Below are positions 27,140 to 40,547 of a DNA stretch of 64,000 bases, one piece after another. Source of the DNA: Octopus vulgaris. Lineage: Eukaryota. Location: the NCBI GenBank assembly GCA_951406725.2, contig OX597822.1, positions 84,072,001-84,136,000 of the forward strand, read 5' to 3'. Under the pieces are notes generated by a model that was given only the letters and a program-made list of their open reading frames with translations, did no database searches and was not told the origin of the DNA. Position 1 is the stretch's first letter, and each line of letters begins with the position of its first letter. A program made the translations under genes and the position numbers.

Positions 27140-29874
27140 CAGACATTCAAACGTCAGGCATGCGAAATACAGATATACATATGGGGGAGATAGTGTGTGT
27201 GTATGTTTGAGTTTTGTACTTTATTCTTTGCCACTTCTCTTTTACAATCTTCCGCAAAATTAACAGCTTTATTAAGTAATGACATTGAGATCTTTCCTTA
27301 ATGAGGCCATAAGTTTAAAAAACATAGTCACTTGACATCAATAAATCGGAACAACCTTTCTTGCCATTAACAATATATTCTTATATTCTTCAAAGTTGTT
27401 ATAACTCTTGAGACGATTTCTGATGATCATTCACTGTGAAACGACGTATTTGACATTGTGAAAACTGCATTATATAGCCTTGAGTTTATCTTATCATCTT
27501 GCCATGTCCACAGTGGATGGACCACAATGTATCTTAAAGGATTTATCTTAAGTTCAATAACGGAGATAAAATAACATATCACTAGCGAAGAATACACATT
27601 GCGCAAGTATAACTGGTACTTGAGTACCGATGGGACAATGCAGATGATATGCGTGAGCTGTCTTAGATTTAAAACCAAATGTTAATGATGCTAACTCGCT
27701 CAAAGCACTATCCCGCAGAAAACAGTTTTCTCATTTTGCATCTTCCATTGTAACTAGAATAAAGTCTGCCGTTCGATAATAGATAGCTGCATATCTTTTT
27801 CAGTCATGTCTAATCGACTTCACTTATCTCTCCTGTCAGAATGAGACGAACTGACACGTTCGTTTGCACTCAGGCGATTTGGCGCAGCTGACTTTTAGTG
27901 CCGGAAGCAAATACACAAGCATGCGCGCAAACCAACATGGAAGTATACACTTTCAGAAAAAAGAGTGCGAAAGAGAGCAGAAAGGTAGAGAGAAAGAGAA
28001 GGAAAAAGACAAAGAGAGAGGGAGAGAGGTCGATAGATGTTACAATCTATTAAATGAATACGGTTGACTTACATACTTTCCCTCTCTTCAGACATATAAT
28101 TGGGAATATGTTCACAAACATAAACAGAAAGGATGAGGGTGAAATAAGTCAGCGTCGAATTAGTGACGCCAAACAACCGGCGCCAAAACGCTTATGTCAA
28201 AACGTCTCTTACCCTTCTCCTCTCGTAACCATCATTGTGTCTCACATCTTTTATAGACACTAAACACACTCAGAAATCTTTTTACTTCCTCTACCAATGA
28301 TTGAAACTCTACAAAATTTGCTTCCGACTCACGTTTTTCGCAAACTATTGATATACAGGTGTTCAAGCTAATTATCAATTTGATTAATCTCACCAACTTG
28401 AAAACAAGTGGGGAAGGAGTCTCGAAAGCTATGACTAATGTATTTTTCTTCCTGGCTAACATAAAAATGAAAAAGGTTTCTTTCTCGTTTTATTTGTCTC
28501 AGGTATTTCGTCCGAAGAGTATGTATTGTGATTGATGTGTGTATACAGGTTGTGTAACGAGTGTTTATGAAGTAAATATTAGTGTTACATGTGTATGTAT
28601 TGTGTGTTTAATGATAATTTGTGGCGCGTATACAGTGGGTCGATGTGCGCACGTGTGCTTACATGTACGTATGTGTATGTGTGCGTGTGAATGTTTGTTT
28701 GAGTGTAAGTGTGCAGTTGTTTATCTTGTTTATCTTTTTGGTAGTTGTGTCATGACAATTTACTGTGGAACTGCTTCTTCTTTAGACGCTAATTTGGTAA
28801 TGTAGAACGGCTACGGTTTGTGTGCGAGTGTCTACATACATACTCACACACATACAGACACATACACACACACACACGTATATATTTTAGTCATGATACT
28901 GCGACCATGCTGGGGCACTGTCTTGCAGAATTTTAATCGAACGAATCGACTCCAGTAATTAGTTTTTAAACCTAGTACTTATCCAGTCTACTTCTTTTGC
29001 CGAACTGCTAAGTTATGGGGACGTATACAAACCAACAACGATTATCAAGCGGTGGTGGGTGATAAACGCAGACACAAAAACACATACCCTCAAAAACAGA
29101 TTATATTTATATGACGGGCTTCTTTCAGTTTTCGTCTACGAAATTCACTCACAACTTTGGTCGGTTGTAGAAGACAATAGAGCCAGGTGTCACGCAGTGG
29201 GGCTGAACCCGTAACCAAATAGTTGGAAAATAAACTTCTGTCCACGCAGCCACGTCTTCTCACCAAAATCTAATACAAGTGTTTTTTTGTTTGTTTGTTT
29301 TTCTCGGAATAAACTTGTACACCTTGTCATCACCCATTCCGCACATCTCCATCCCAACATTATATGCTGTGTCAAATATGGTGCCTATAGACATTTCAGT
29401 CCTTCACGTGAATAAATAATCAAACTGATACACAATTGGAACAATTTGTTCCGACAGAATTTCGAAGTCATTTACAGATGTGATCTCTATTTAATGAAGA
29501 ACTTATTTATTTATTTATGTATTCAAGTATATATTTATGTGTTTATTTCTGAATGTATTTAATTATTTGTTTCGTTCGGTTAGCATCACGAAGAGAGAAT
29601 TGCGCTGTATGTTGACATTCACTGTAAATGTTAGAAACTCGCCCAAAGAAATCTTTGTCCGTTTCAAACTTTGTAGACAAAGTTGAATCTTGCGTTCAGG
29701 AAATTCAGATTCAACAACAAGGTGTCGAAAAGTTTGTTCTAAGAACAATGGAATTGAGGAAAAGTACGCCCAAAATAAAAGAAAGAGCTTAGCAAAGGGG
29801 AGGTAAGAAGCGACCGTTATGTACTGGATAAATTTATTAAGTCGACAGAGTTAAGTACTTCGTTAATAACATCA

Positions 29875-30075
29875 CAATCATCATCATCATTTAGCTTCCG
29901 TTTTCCATACTGGTATGGATTGAATGGTTTGACAGGAGCTGGTATGGACTGGAGCCGCACCCGGTGGTTCCATTGTCTATTTTAGGTTAGGTTTCTACGG
30001 TTGGATGCCTTTCGTAATGTCAACCACTTTACAGAGTGTACTGGCTGCTTCTTACGTGGCACCAGCACCAGTGAG
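29875..30075 (-). mobile_element. SINE/LINE 3' tail fragment ending in (GAT)n
   Basis: catcatcat-ttagcttccgttttccatactgg...tggatgcctttcgtaatgtcaacc, a typical retroposon tail. Confidence 0.5.
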
Positions 30076-31071
30076 TTTTACGTCGCAACCTGAGCACAGA
30101 GTTAATAATGGACTCAAATTGTGGCAAAGGGCCAGCAGTATTTGAGGGAGGGAGATGTCAATTACATAGACACCATTACTCCGAGTCGAACCCAGAACTT
30201 AAAGACGGACGAAATGCCGCTAAGTATTTTCTCCGACGTACTAACAGTTCTGACAGCTGGCCACCTTTCGCAGAGTAAGTAATACACTTTTCATGTTTAA
30301 TGAAGTACGATGGCATCCGAAAGAAAGAAAAGAATAGGGAACTGTGTACGAGCAGGTAGAGTCGTGCACAGACAGTAGAACAATATTTATTCGCAACTCG
30401 AAAAATTACCTTATACTAGTGAGAATTCAGTTTCGAATTATGGAAGAAAACCACTATGCAATAGGTGTTGTTACAAACATAAGAAGGCCGTGTTTGTGTA
30501 GACAGGTGTAGCTTGTGGAGATAATACTACAAACCCTTATCATAAGGATGCTAATGTACGTATATCTATATATGTAAACGAAATTCTAAGCAACATTTTT
30601 GATCAGTAGAATAATAGCCAGTCTAATCGGTTGTGTTATTAAGAACAAAAATTGTTTGATGATGCTCCGCACATCACGTGATTTTCATCTTAAAGATGTC
30701 TCACATCAACAAAGAATCTGAATTTCCCTTTAGTGTTCAAATGAAAGTTTCCGGTAAAAACCTTCAGGCTCGGGGTGTGTACAGTATCGACAGGCATTAC
30801 CATTCAGGTATACTGTAGACAGATTTAAGTGGAATTATCAAGGGTGTGCTGAAAGAGAAATATTTAAGTTGAATCAACAGGAAAAGGAGCAAAAGGTGAA
30901 TTGCCCGTCTGTTGCTTCTCCGTACAAGGCAACATGAATTTATTCCAAATGGTTTCGGTTGAGCATTGTTTGTTGTAGCATACGTCGTAGTAGAAAGCCA
31001 GGCTAATTTCTTCCCGAATCCAATACGGAACCCATATGCCCGCCTTTGTAATAAAAGCAACAAGTACAATG

Positions 31072-31493
31072 ACGTTAGAAAATTACTACTTCTAAATCTC
31101 CCAACGAGCGGATATTCAGCAACAGTACTTTGGAGTAAAGATTGTTTGCCAACATAACAAGGCAGTCCTGGTTTAGAACGAATGTTGCTGTAATTTAGCC
31201 CCAGACGACATCCTCTCCAGCTGGCTGTACGACACGATCTGTGTCCTTATATTTTCGAACAATTATTCAGTGGTGATGAAGGGAAATAACCCGGAAATCG
31301 CGATACACAGATATTGTTTTGAGCTGAGTGGGGGTGCTAGATTCTCTTGTTCGAAAATATAAGGACACAGATCGTGTCGTACAGCCAGCTGGAGACGATG
31401 TATCTTGGGACTAAATTACAGCAACATTCGTCCTAAACCAGGACTGCCATGTTATGTTGGCAGATAATCTTTATTCCAAAGTACAATGACGTT
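31072..31493. mobile_element. Foldback element (arms 31125-31262 / 31347-31484) with a hammerhead in the spacer
   Basis: Inverted arms of about 138 bp. A 15-bp direct repeat aagtacaatgacgtt sits at 31062 and 31479. Homologous to 44716-45075. Confidence 0.85.
31268..31310 (+). ncRNA. Minimal type I hammerhead-like motif (C3G substitution)
   Basis: cagug GUGAUGA a-ggg-aaauaa-ccc-g GAAA UCGCGA UA cacag, with palindromic stem III AUCGCGAU. Confidence 0.65.
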
Positions 31494-31544
31494 TTTATAG
31501 TTCATATTTCAAGTGTCAGCCATATAGCAAACATTGTATATGTT

Positions 31545-31790
31545 TGTTATGAGACACCAGAACGAGACACCACTGCATGATACAAAAGATCTCAACATCG
31601 TCATTAAGGTACAAGATCAGATACTGCAGCAATTTTGACTTCAAGGGCATACAGCTCTTCAATATCCTCCCAAAAGGCCTGAGTGGCCTACATAGGATGG
31701 ATGTAGAAATCTTGGAAACAAAACTAGGTCTCTTCCTATCAAGAGTTCCAGAAGAACCTACCTCGCGGCAGGAAACAGAAGTGACAACAA
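31545..31790 (+). mobile_element. CR1-like LINE 3' fragment
   Basis: RTRHHCMIQKI..RYCSNFDFKGIQLFNILPKGL..KLGLFLSRVPEEP. Confidence 0.7.
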
Positions 31791-31800
31791 CAGAATCGAA

Positions 31801-32389
<589 letters not shown>

Positions 32390-32714
32390 GTACTGTAATT
32401 ATTAAAGCTGCTGATCCGTAATTGAATGCTTTCTATATTTGCATTGGTTAATTCAAATTTATTTCTATTAGTGCTGTTGTTGCTCATGTTATTGTTGCGG
32501 GACTGGTAAGCAGGTGGTGGTGGTGGCGGTGGACTGATTAAGTTACGTTTCTACTTGTTCTTTTAAGTGATTGCTCAACGTGGAAGACGTTCGAGTTAAT
32601 TCGATTAAAGACAATGTATCAACATAATTTGTAATTAACACATCAGAATAGAAATAAAGAAAAATTCGGTGGTGATGAGGATAACGGTGATGGCGAGGGC
32701 AAGGACGATGTTCA

Positions 32715-32777
32715 TAATGATAATGAGGATGATGACGAGACAATGATGATGATGATGATGATGATAACGACGACGAC

Positions 32778-32812
<35 letters not shown>

Positions 32813-33177
32813 CGACGGCGACGACGACGACGACGACGATGATGATGATAACGACGACGATGATGACGATGACGACGACGACGATGATGATGACGACGAC
32901 GATGATGATGATGATGATGATGACGACGATAATGATGATGACGACGACGACGATGATGATGATGATGATGATGATGATGAAGACGACGATGATGTTGATC
33001 ACGAGGATGATGACGATGGCAGTGATGGCGATGGATAATGGTCAGAGGGAAGGTTGATGACATTGAAATGCTTCATGATTACGACGATGGCGGTGATGGT
33101 GGAGCTGCTGACAGCATTTGTTGTGGTGAGGGTGAGGCTTGTGATAGCGATGTCGATAATGACGATTATGATGTTGG

Positions 33178-33220
<43 letters not shown>

Positions 33221-33227
33221 AATGATG

Positions 33228-33270
<43 letters not shown>

Positions 33271-33365
33271 CAGCGATAATGATGATCGGTGATGGCGTCT
33301 TTGTATCATGATAATGATGATGGTGATGACGACGACGATGATGATGATAGTGATGATGATTGATG
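32715..33365. repeat. Compound (GAT)n/(GAC)n trinucleotide array
   Basis: Direct reading. Confidence 0.95.
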
Positions 33366-34474
33366 CTAATGATCACACGCGGCAAAGGCTGTAAATTACA
33401 ATCACATGAAGAATATAAAAGTTGATAAAAGAAAAAAAAGTTATTAAAACGTTGTTTGTTAAAATGAAAACTAAAAATAAATTAATATGCTTATTTTTAT
33501 TGTTTGGAATTCGGTGTCAAATTATAAATCAAATATTGCGGTTGACATTATTGTTGTTGTAGTTTGACCCCGCATGAACCCAGTTGGAGTACAGCTAAGA
33601 TCAAAAGTATTTTAGTCATTGAAAAACCATCCTAACGTTTTAATATGTAGGCCTATATTAATTAATGTAAATCATTTCTTGTTTTCCAAGACATTAGAGT
33701 GCAATTTGGAGGAGATGTGACCGCTATTTCTTGTATGCTGAACGACCACATAAGAACCGCCAAGGAATCTCGGTCAGTCAATTGGAATAACTGGCATCCC
33801 GTCGGTGACGACGGCGAACGTTCCAGTTGGTCCGATCAACCGAACAACCCACTTCAGAAATTAACATGCAAATGGCTGAGTATTCCACAGACCCGCGTTC
33901 CCTTCACGTATTTCTCAAGGAGCTTCGGTGTGACACAGAATGTGACAAACCTTGCCCTTTGAATTACAGGTACAACTCATTTTTGCCAGCTGAGTGGATT
34001 GGAGCAACGTGAAATAAAGTGTCTTGCTCAAGGACACGACGTACTACTAGGAATCGAACTCACAGCTATACGATCGCGAGACAGATACTGTAACCACTTG
34101 GCCATACGCCTTCACTGGAATGCAAGCTTTAATGGAATGCCAGTTATAAAAACTAATAATGGAACAAAAGAGAGTAAAACATCAAATCCGTTATTTTATG
34201 AACGAATTGATTTTTGAGACGGAATAATTATATCAAACAGCAATAAATATTGCTGTTATTGCTTTTATTGTCGTCGTAGATTACATTCAGGTCAACGTTA
34301 TGAATGCAGGCATGGGTATATGGTAGAAGTTAGCTTTGCAAGTACGCTTTTCTTTCTAGTTTCGATTCCACCACAAGGCGCTTTTGGCAAGCATGAGTCT
34401 TCTATCATCGCTTCGGATTGACTAATGCCTTCTGAATGTAATTTCGTAAAAACAAAACCTGGAACACACACACG

Positions 34475-34532
<58 letters not shown>

Positions 34533-34999
34533 TCAAACACACACTTATACACACAAAGAACCTGTAGGAATGAAAGAGAGAGAGCGAGGGTGAAGAGATG
34601 GAGAGATTGTTAGATAAAGTTAAGAGAAATATACGAACCAGTCCGATTACTGTCTCAGCATTTAACTTATCCTTTTCTACTCTAGGAAGGCCCGAAATTT
34701 TGGGAGAAGGAGCCAGTTGATTAAATCGACCCCAGTACGCAACTGGTACTTAATTTATCGATCCCGAAAGAATGAAAAGCAAAGTTGACCTCGGCGGAAT
34801 TTGAGCTCAGAACGTAACGCCAGACGAACTACTGCTAAGCATTTCGCCCGGCGTGCTAACGTTTCTGCCAGTTCGCCCCTTTTCAGCATTTAACTTATAA
34901 CAGCTCACGTTCAAATCTTGAGTTTATTCGATGATATATCACTCGCTGATGAAGGACCTTTTCATTGATCTCATCAATAATGGAACAGTATACTATATA

Positions 35000-35296
35000 T
35001 ACGAGGGTAGACTGAAAAGTTCATAAGCTGATTAAGGAGTTTATCATACAGTAATTAAACTTGGCATGCATTAAGTTCAACCTTTACTGATGCTAACTGT
35101 TTTCGTTCCAGATAAACCCACATTGGATTCAGAATTGAGGACTTGGAAAAGTGGAACTAGAGACATTTCTTGAAAATGGATAAAATTTGGCATTGTGGTA
35201 TTATCAAATATCTGCAGAAAAGAGGGTTAGCCCCACGGACATTCATGCTGACATGGTTTCTACATAAGGGGATGATGCTCCAGCTTTATCAACTGT
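35000..35296 (+). mobile_element. Mariner-like transposon 5' end with transposase N-terminus
   Basis: TA|cgagggtagactgaaaagttc terminus, followed by MDKIWHCGIIKYLQKRGLAP/DIHADMVST*GDDAPALST (mariner HTH region) from about 35176. Confidence 0.75.
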
Positions 35297-36377
35297 TTTT
35301 CAATGTTTTAAGGGGGTCCCAATGATCAAGAGCAGTCATGTCTATATTTTTAGTGAAAGCTCTCTGGGTTGACTCAATTCTCATAATGTTTGTCCGAAAC
35401 AAACCTCGAAACTATTATACACACACTCACACACTCACACACATACATACACACTCATACACGATTTGTTCTCGTAAGTCATTCAAGGCGGTACCCTCGA
35501 ATGGTCGCAGTCCAATGAATGAACCAGGTAAAAGATTAAAACTAAAGACTAGCACATGTTATTATTGTCTTTCTTTTTTCCGCAGAAGAACAAAAATAAT
35601 CCCAGTAAAAGCTCAGAATATATTCAGTGAAGTGAATAATTATTTGCTTTACAAAAAACCTGGACTAGAGTCAAATAAAAAAAAAACATATTACAAAGAC
35701 GTGAAATAAAAGATAGGTGGAAAAATATCAATCCTGGTGGACAAGGGAGGTAAAAAGCAAGAAATGTATACAAAAACTAAAGAGATGCTATAAAAATATA
35801 TTTAGTTCTCACCGAAATAATATACATTACAAAATCAGCAAAGTGTTGAAGTTAACCCAACGAATACATTACTAACTCTTTCATCGACCTAGATTAGATT
35901 TAAGCAAAGAAAAAGAAAATAATAAAATAATGCAAACGACGAACGAACGAACAAGCACGCCATGTTGAATTAGGAATGAGAAACGTGATGAACATAAGCA
36001 TAGGTTTTAATGCGTAGAGTTCCACAGGGTTCTTTATACCTATTTCATTATCCTGCCCTAATGAAACAAATACGGCTAGAAATAACACTATATCTCACCA
36101 GCACTTTTAATCACAAAATCAATAAAGTAGCAGCTATTTTGGACGTGTCAGACAATGACGAATTTCAAGAGAAAATTACATTCGAAATGTTTGTTTTGTC
36201 TATTGGAGCTCTACTTGTTTTTTGTTTTTTTGTTTGTTTGTTTGTTTTTATTATTATTGTCTGTTAAACGTTTCTCATTAAACTGTAGAATCGGTTTTTA
36301 CTTTTCCGTTTTTTCCCTGTAATATATACCGCACCACTGTGACAAATAACAAAATTATATTTCTTATTTTCTATTTT

Positions 36378-36441
<64 letters not shown>

Positions 36442-36445
36442 TATA

Positions 36446-36522
<77 letters not shown>

Positions 36523-37011
36523 GTAAACATCTATATGTATGTATGCATGTATGTATAATTGGAGTAATTTAAGTTGTAAAAGTGATTATTTTATTTTATT
36601 AAAATAAAGTTATCACTTTTTCCTCTCGTATAGACATACTTCTTTCTTACTAAGATCTTTCATTTCACTCCGCCTCTTGCCTTCACTCACTCTCACACAT
36701 CATTTCTCTTCTCTCACTTGTTTTCCACCTCGTCCTCTCTCATTCTCTATTCCTCTACCTCTCTCTCTCTCGCGCGCACACACATTTGCACACGCACATG
36801 GAGTCTAACCACTCTCCCCATTTCTTCCCCTTGCTTCTTTATTTTCTTCCCCTTTTACTGTATCTCTCTCTCCACCTGCACATAGGGATATACTTCGACT
36901 GACATATCCCTCAGAGAAACCTGACCTCTCTTTCTCCCATCTCTCTCTCTCTATCTCTATGTTGTGCATATATGCCTTCCATCTCACCCTTTCTCTCTCT
37001 CCCTCTTTCTT

Positions 37012-37046
<35 letters not shown>

Positions 37047-37213
37047 TATATCATACTTAACCATTCAGGTATCACTCTAACATTTTCTTACTCTTTTTCG
37101 TTTCCATTCATTGAGTCTCTTTCTCCCTCTTACTTGGTCCTTCAATCTCCACCATACTGCCTCTCTAGTTTTTTGCACACACACACACACACCGCTAAAT
37201 CTACAAGTTTTTA

Positions 37214-37610
37214 AATTCTCTCTCTGTTTATTTCCTCGTGTTCTTTTCTGTCGAAGAGCGTAGGCTCGAAACGTAAAATACTTTCTCACTTTCCCAAGCG
37301 TTAAACTAATACACCTGCTTGTTGCATATACACCTATCTTCGTCTTTTGTTTTTTCTATAAATTTCAACTACATATACATATGTGTGTGTGTGTGTGCAT
37401 GTGTGTACGTGTGTGTGTGTGACTGACCGCTAACTCCACAGGTTTATTTTTATTCTCTCTGTTTATTTCCTCTTGTTCCTTTCTGTCGAAGAGCGTACGC
37501 TCGAAACGTAAAAGACTTTCTCACTTTCCTGAATGTCAAGCTAATACACCTTCTTGTTGTTTATACACCTGTGTTCGTCTTTTGTTTTTCTATAAATTTC
37601 AACCATATAT
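37214..37610 (+). repeat. Two direct repeats (~160 bp, 235-bp period), each with a hammerhead-like motif
   Basis: Copies at about 37214-37376 and 37452-37610. Motif cuuu CUGUCGA a GAGC-gua(g/c)-GCUC GAAA CG UA aaag at 37244-37279 and 37479-37514. Confidence 0.75.
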
Positions 37611-37987
37611 AAACGTAAACAATATGAGAGATCATTATGTGGATCGCTTGTATTCTAAAAATAGACGTCAAACCATCTTACCACTAAATCTGTGTTCTCA
37701 ACTTAGTAAGACGCTAGATGTTTACGAGTTAGACAAATGAAAAGAAATAAATATAGCACTTAATTCCACACGTTAAGGGTTCGACATGAGCAATTCAGTA
37801 ATTGTCTGTGTCTCCTCAGTGAAATCGGTGCTAACGCAAGAATGGAACTGGACACACATACACACACATATATATATATATATAAGATTGAAAAAGAGAG
37901 AATAAATTTCATGAGTCAAAGTTCTTAATCACTCAATATATTTCACAGCATCGGAATACTTCACAGCGTATACAGGTGCACTCATTT

Positions 37988-38581
37988 ATATATATAAAAC
38001 TGAGACTGTGTGTCTGTCTGTCTATACGTGTACATCACTAAAACTCGAGAACTACCCAACCTATTTCATTCGAATTTTACACATGCATTACTTAGGGTCC
38101 ATGGAGCGTCATGTGAGCCAAAAAAGTGTTCAACGTCTTGCTTAATGCGGGCCCGGAACAAACTTTTACATTGGTTCGGTATTCCGTTTCAAAAGTAAAA
38201 CAATAACATCTATATTGTAATGATATAATAGTTTCACTTTTCTTCTTTCATTTTTAGTATTGTTTCACCGACCCATTCTGTATATGAGTGTGTGTGTCTC
38301 TCAGTGTATGTGTCTGAGTGTATGACTGTGCACGTGTCTATCAGCGTGTGTGTGTTTCCGCCTTTCACGACAATGTCACATTTTCTATATGAATATCTGT
38401 GTATGATTCAGTCTGTGTGTGTGTGTGTTTCCGCCTTCGACAACAACACCACATTTTGCATATGACTGTCTATGTCTGTGTGAGTCACATTTTCTATTGG
38501 AATGTCTATGTCTGTGTGAGTGTATGAGTGTGCTTGTATCTGTCAGTGTGTGTGTCTCTCCGCCTTACGTCCGTTATTCAA

Positions 38582-38614
<33 letters not shown>

Positions 38615-39511
38615 CTACACATCTACATATACATATACATATGTGACGGCTGAAATGCCTTAATGTACGCCCATTCCCTATCCAATCCAAGGATACGATG
38701 GTACTGATTGCTTAGCAATTCATTAGTCAATGATTTGCGTAAATCACATGCGTCCGGAATTTAATTTACTAATGAGTTCTGTACAAACCTTGCTTGCTCC
38801 TACCTGAGATTCGAAATCTAGTCTAGAAATTCTCCCTAGGCATACATCCTATTGTTCTGTCAACGAGGAACGCAGCTCTATGTGTTTTGCATTTCACTCT
38901 TAACCTTTTCTAGGCCATTAACACTTGAAATAGATAACGAGTCACCTACATTCATTTACCAATGGAAGCGCAATGGTCCAGTGGTTAGGGCAGCGGACTT
39001 GCGGTCCTAGGATCGCTGTTTCGATTCCCAGACCGGGCATTATGAGTATTTATTGAGCGAAAACACCTACAATACACTTTCACCGGCAGCACTCTTTCAC
39101 CACAACTTTGTTTCACTCTTTCTTCCTGTTTCTGTTGTACCCGTATTTCAAAGGGCCAGGCTTGTCACGCTGAATCTCCCCGAGAACTACGTTAAGTGTA
39201 CACGCGTCTGTGGAGTGCTCAGCCACTTGCAGGTTAATTAATGTCACTGGTGCCAAATTGTATCGGCCTTTGCCTTTCTCTTGGATAACACTGGCGGCGT
39301 GGAGAGGGGAGGCTGGTATGCATAGGCGACTGCTGGTCTTCCATTAACTTGTGCCTCGGAGGATAAATTTCTAGGTGCAATCCCATGGTCATTCATGACC
39401 GAAAGGGGTCACACATTCATTTACCTATTGTTTCAACGATATATTTTCTGTATATGAGTGTCTGTGTCTGCCAGTGTATGTGTGTAAGTGTATGAATGTG
39501 CATGTATCTGT

Positions 39512-39572
<61 letters not shown>

Positions 39573-40547
39573 TGTGTGTGTGTGCTTTCACGTTCGACGA
39601 CAGCGCCACATTTTCTATATGTCTGTGTGTGTGAGCGTATGAGTATGTATGTGTCTGTGGGGGGATGTTTCCGTGTTATCTACGATATTCAACACTCACG
39701 CACACACACATCTACACATACATATACACATGTGACGACTGACATACATTAATATATACCCTTTCCCTATACAATCCCACGAAACGATGGTATTCATGGA
39801 TTACCAATCTATATATACAAAATTCTTTGCTTGTCTGTTTGTAATCACAACTGTCACTTACTTCCCAGAGCATTCTATGTCGCTTTCTGTATATTAGTGT
39901 GTATGTGTCTGTCAGTGTGTGTGTGTGTGTGTGTGTGTGTGAGTGTGTGTGTGTGAGTTTATGAATGTGCACGTTTCTATCAGTGTGTGTGTGTGTGTTT
40001 ATGAATGTGCATGTGTCTGTCAGCGTGTGTATGTGCGTTTCCGCGTTCGACGACAACGTCAGATTCTGTAAATCCGGAATTTAAGTCACTGATCAGTTCT
40101 GTACACACCTCGTTTGCTCCTACCTGAGATCTGAAATCGAATCTACAAATTTTGTCAAGCACGAATGTAGATCTATGTGTTTTGCACTTGACTTTTCACC
40201 TTTTCTATGCCATGGAAAGTTGAAATAGATAACCAGCCAGCTTCATTCATTTACCTATTGTTTAAATAATAAAATATTTCTTTTTTTTTCTACCTGCTCT
40301 GTATACTTATAAATACAAGTACTTCCAGCCAGACCACAACAGGCAAACAACGTTTGCAAAGAATTATGACATCCGAAATCTTATTAAGTAAAACTTTTTT
40401 TATCAGTGCGGTGTATATTGATTGATTCTTTTGTGCATAATTTACAATTCCCAGTATGTGTATTGTACGGTGTGGTTTCCGTTATAATAGACCAATTCAG
40501 GTTGAATTCTCTATTAAGCATTTTAATTCATTAACGTGGGTAGCTAG
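37988..40547 (+). mobile_element. Non-autonomous Helitron-like element with internal tandem duplication
   Basis: 5' tatatataaaactgaga..gtctgtctg.. is shared with 46580-46860. About 38250-38960 is repeated at about 39415-40270. Possible 3' end gtgggtagCTAG|t near 40547. Confidence 0.55.
38961..39412 (+). mobile_element. tRNA-derived SINE (chimeric) with 13-bp TSD
   Basis: tRNA-like head tggtccagtggttaggg...gtttcgattccc. TSD acattcatttacc at 38948-38960 and 39413-39425. Confidence 0.85.
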
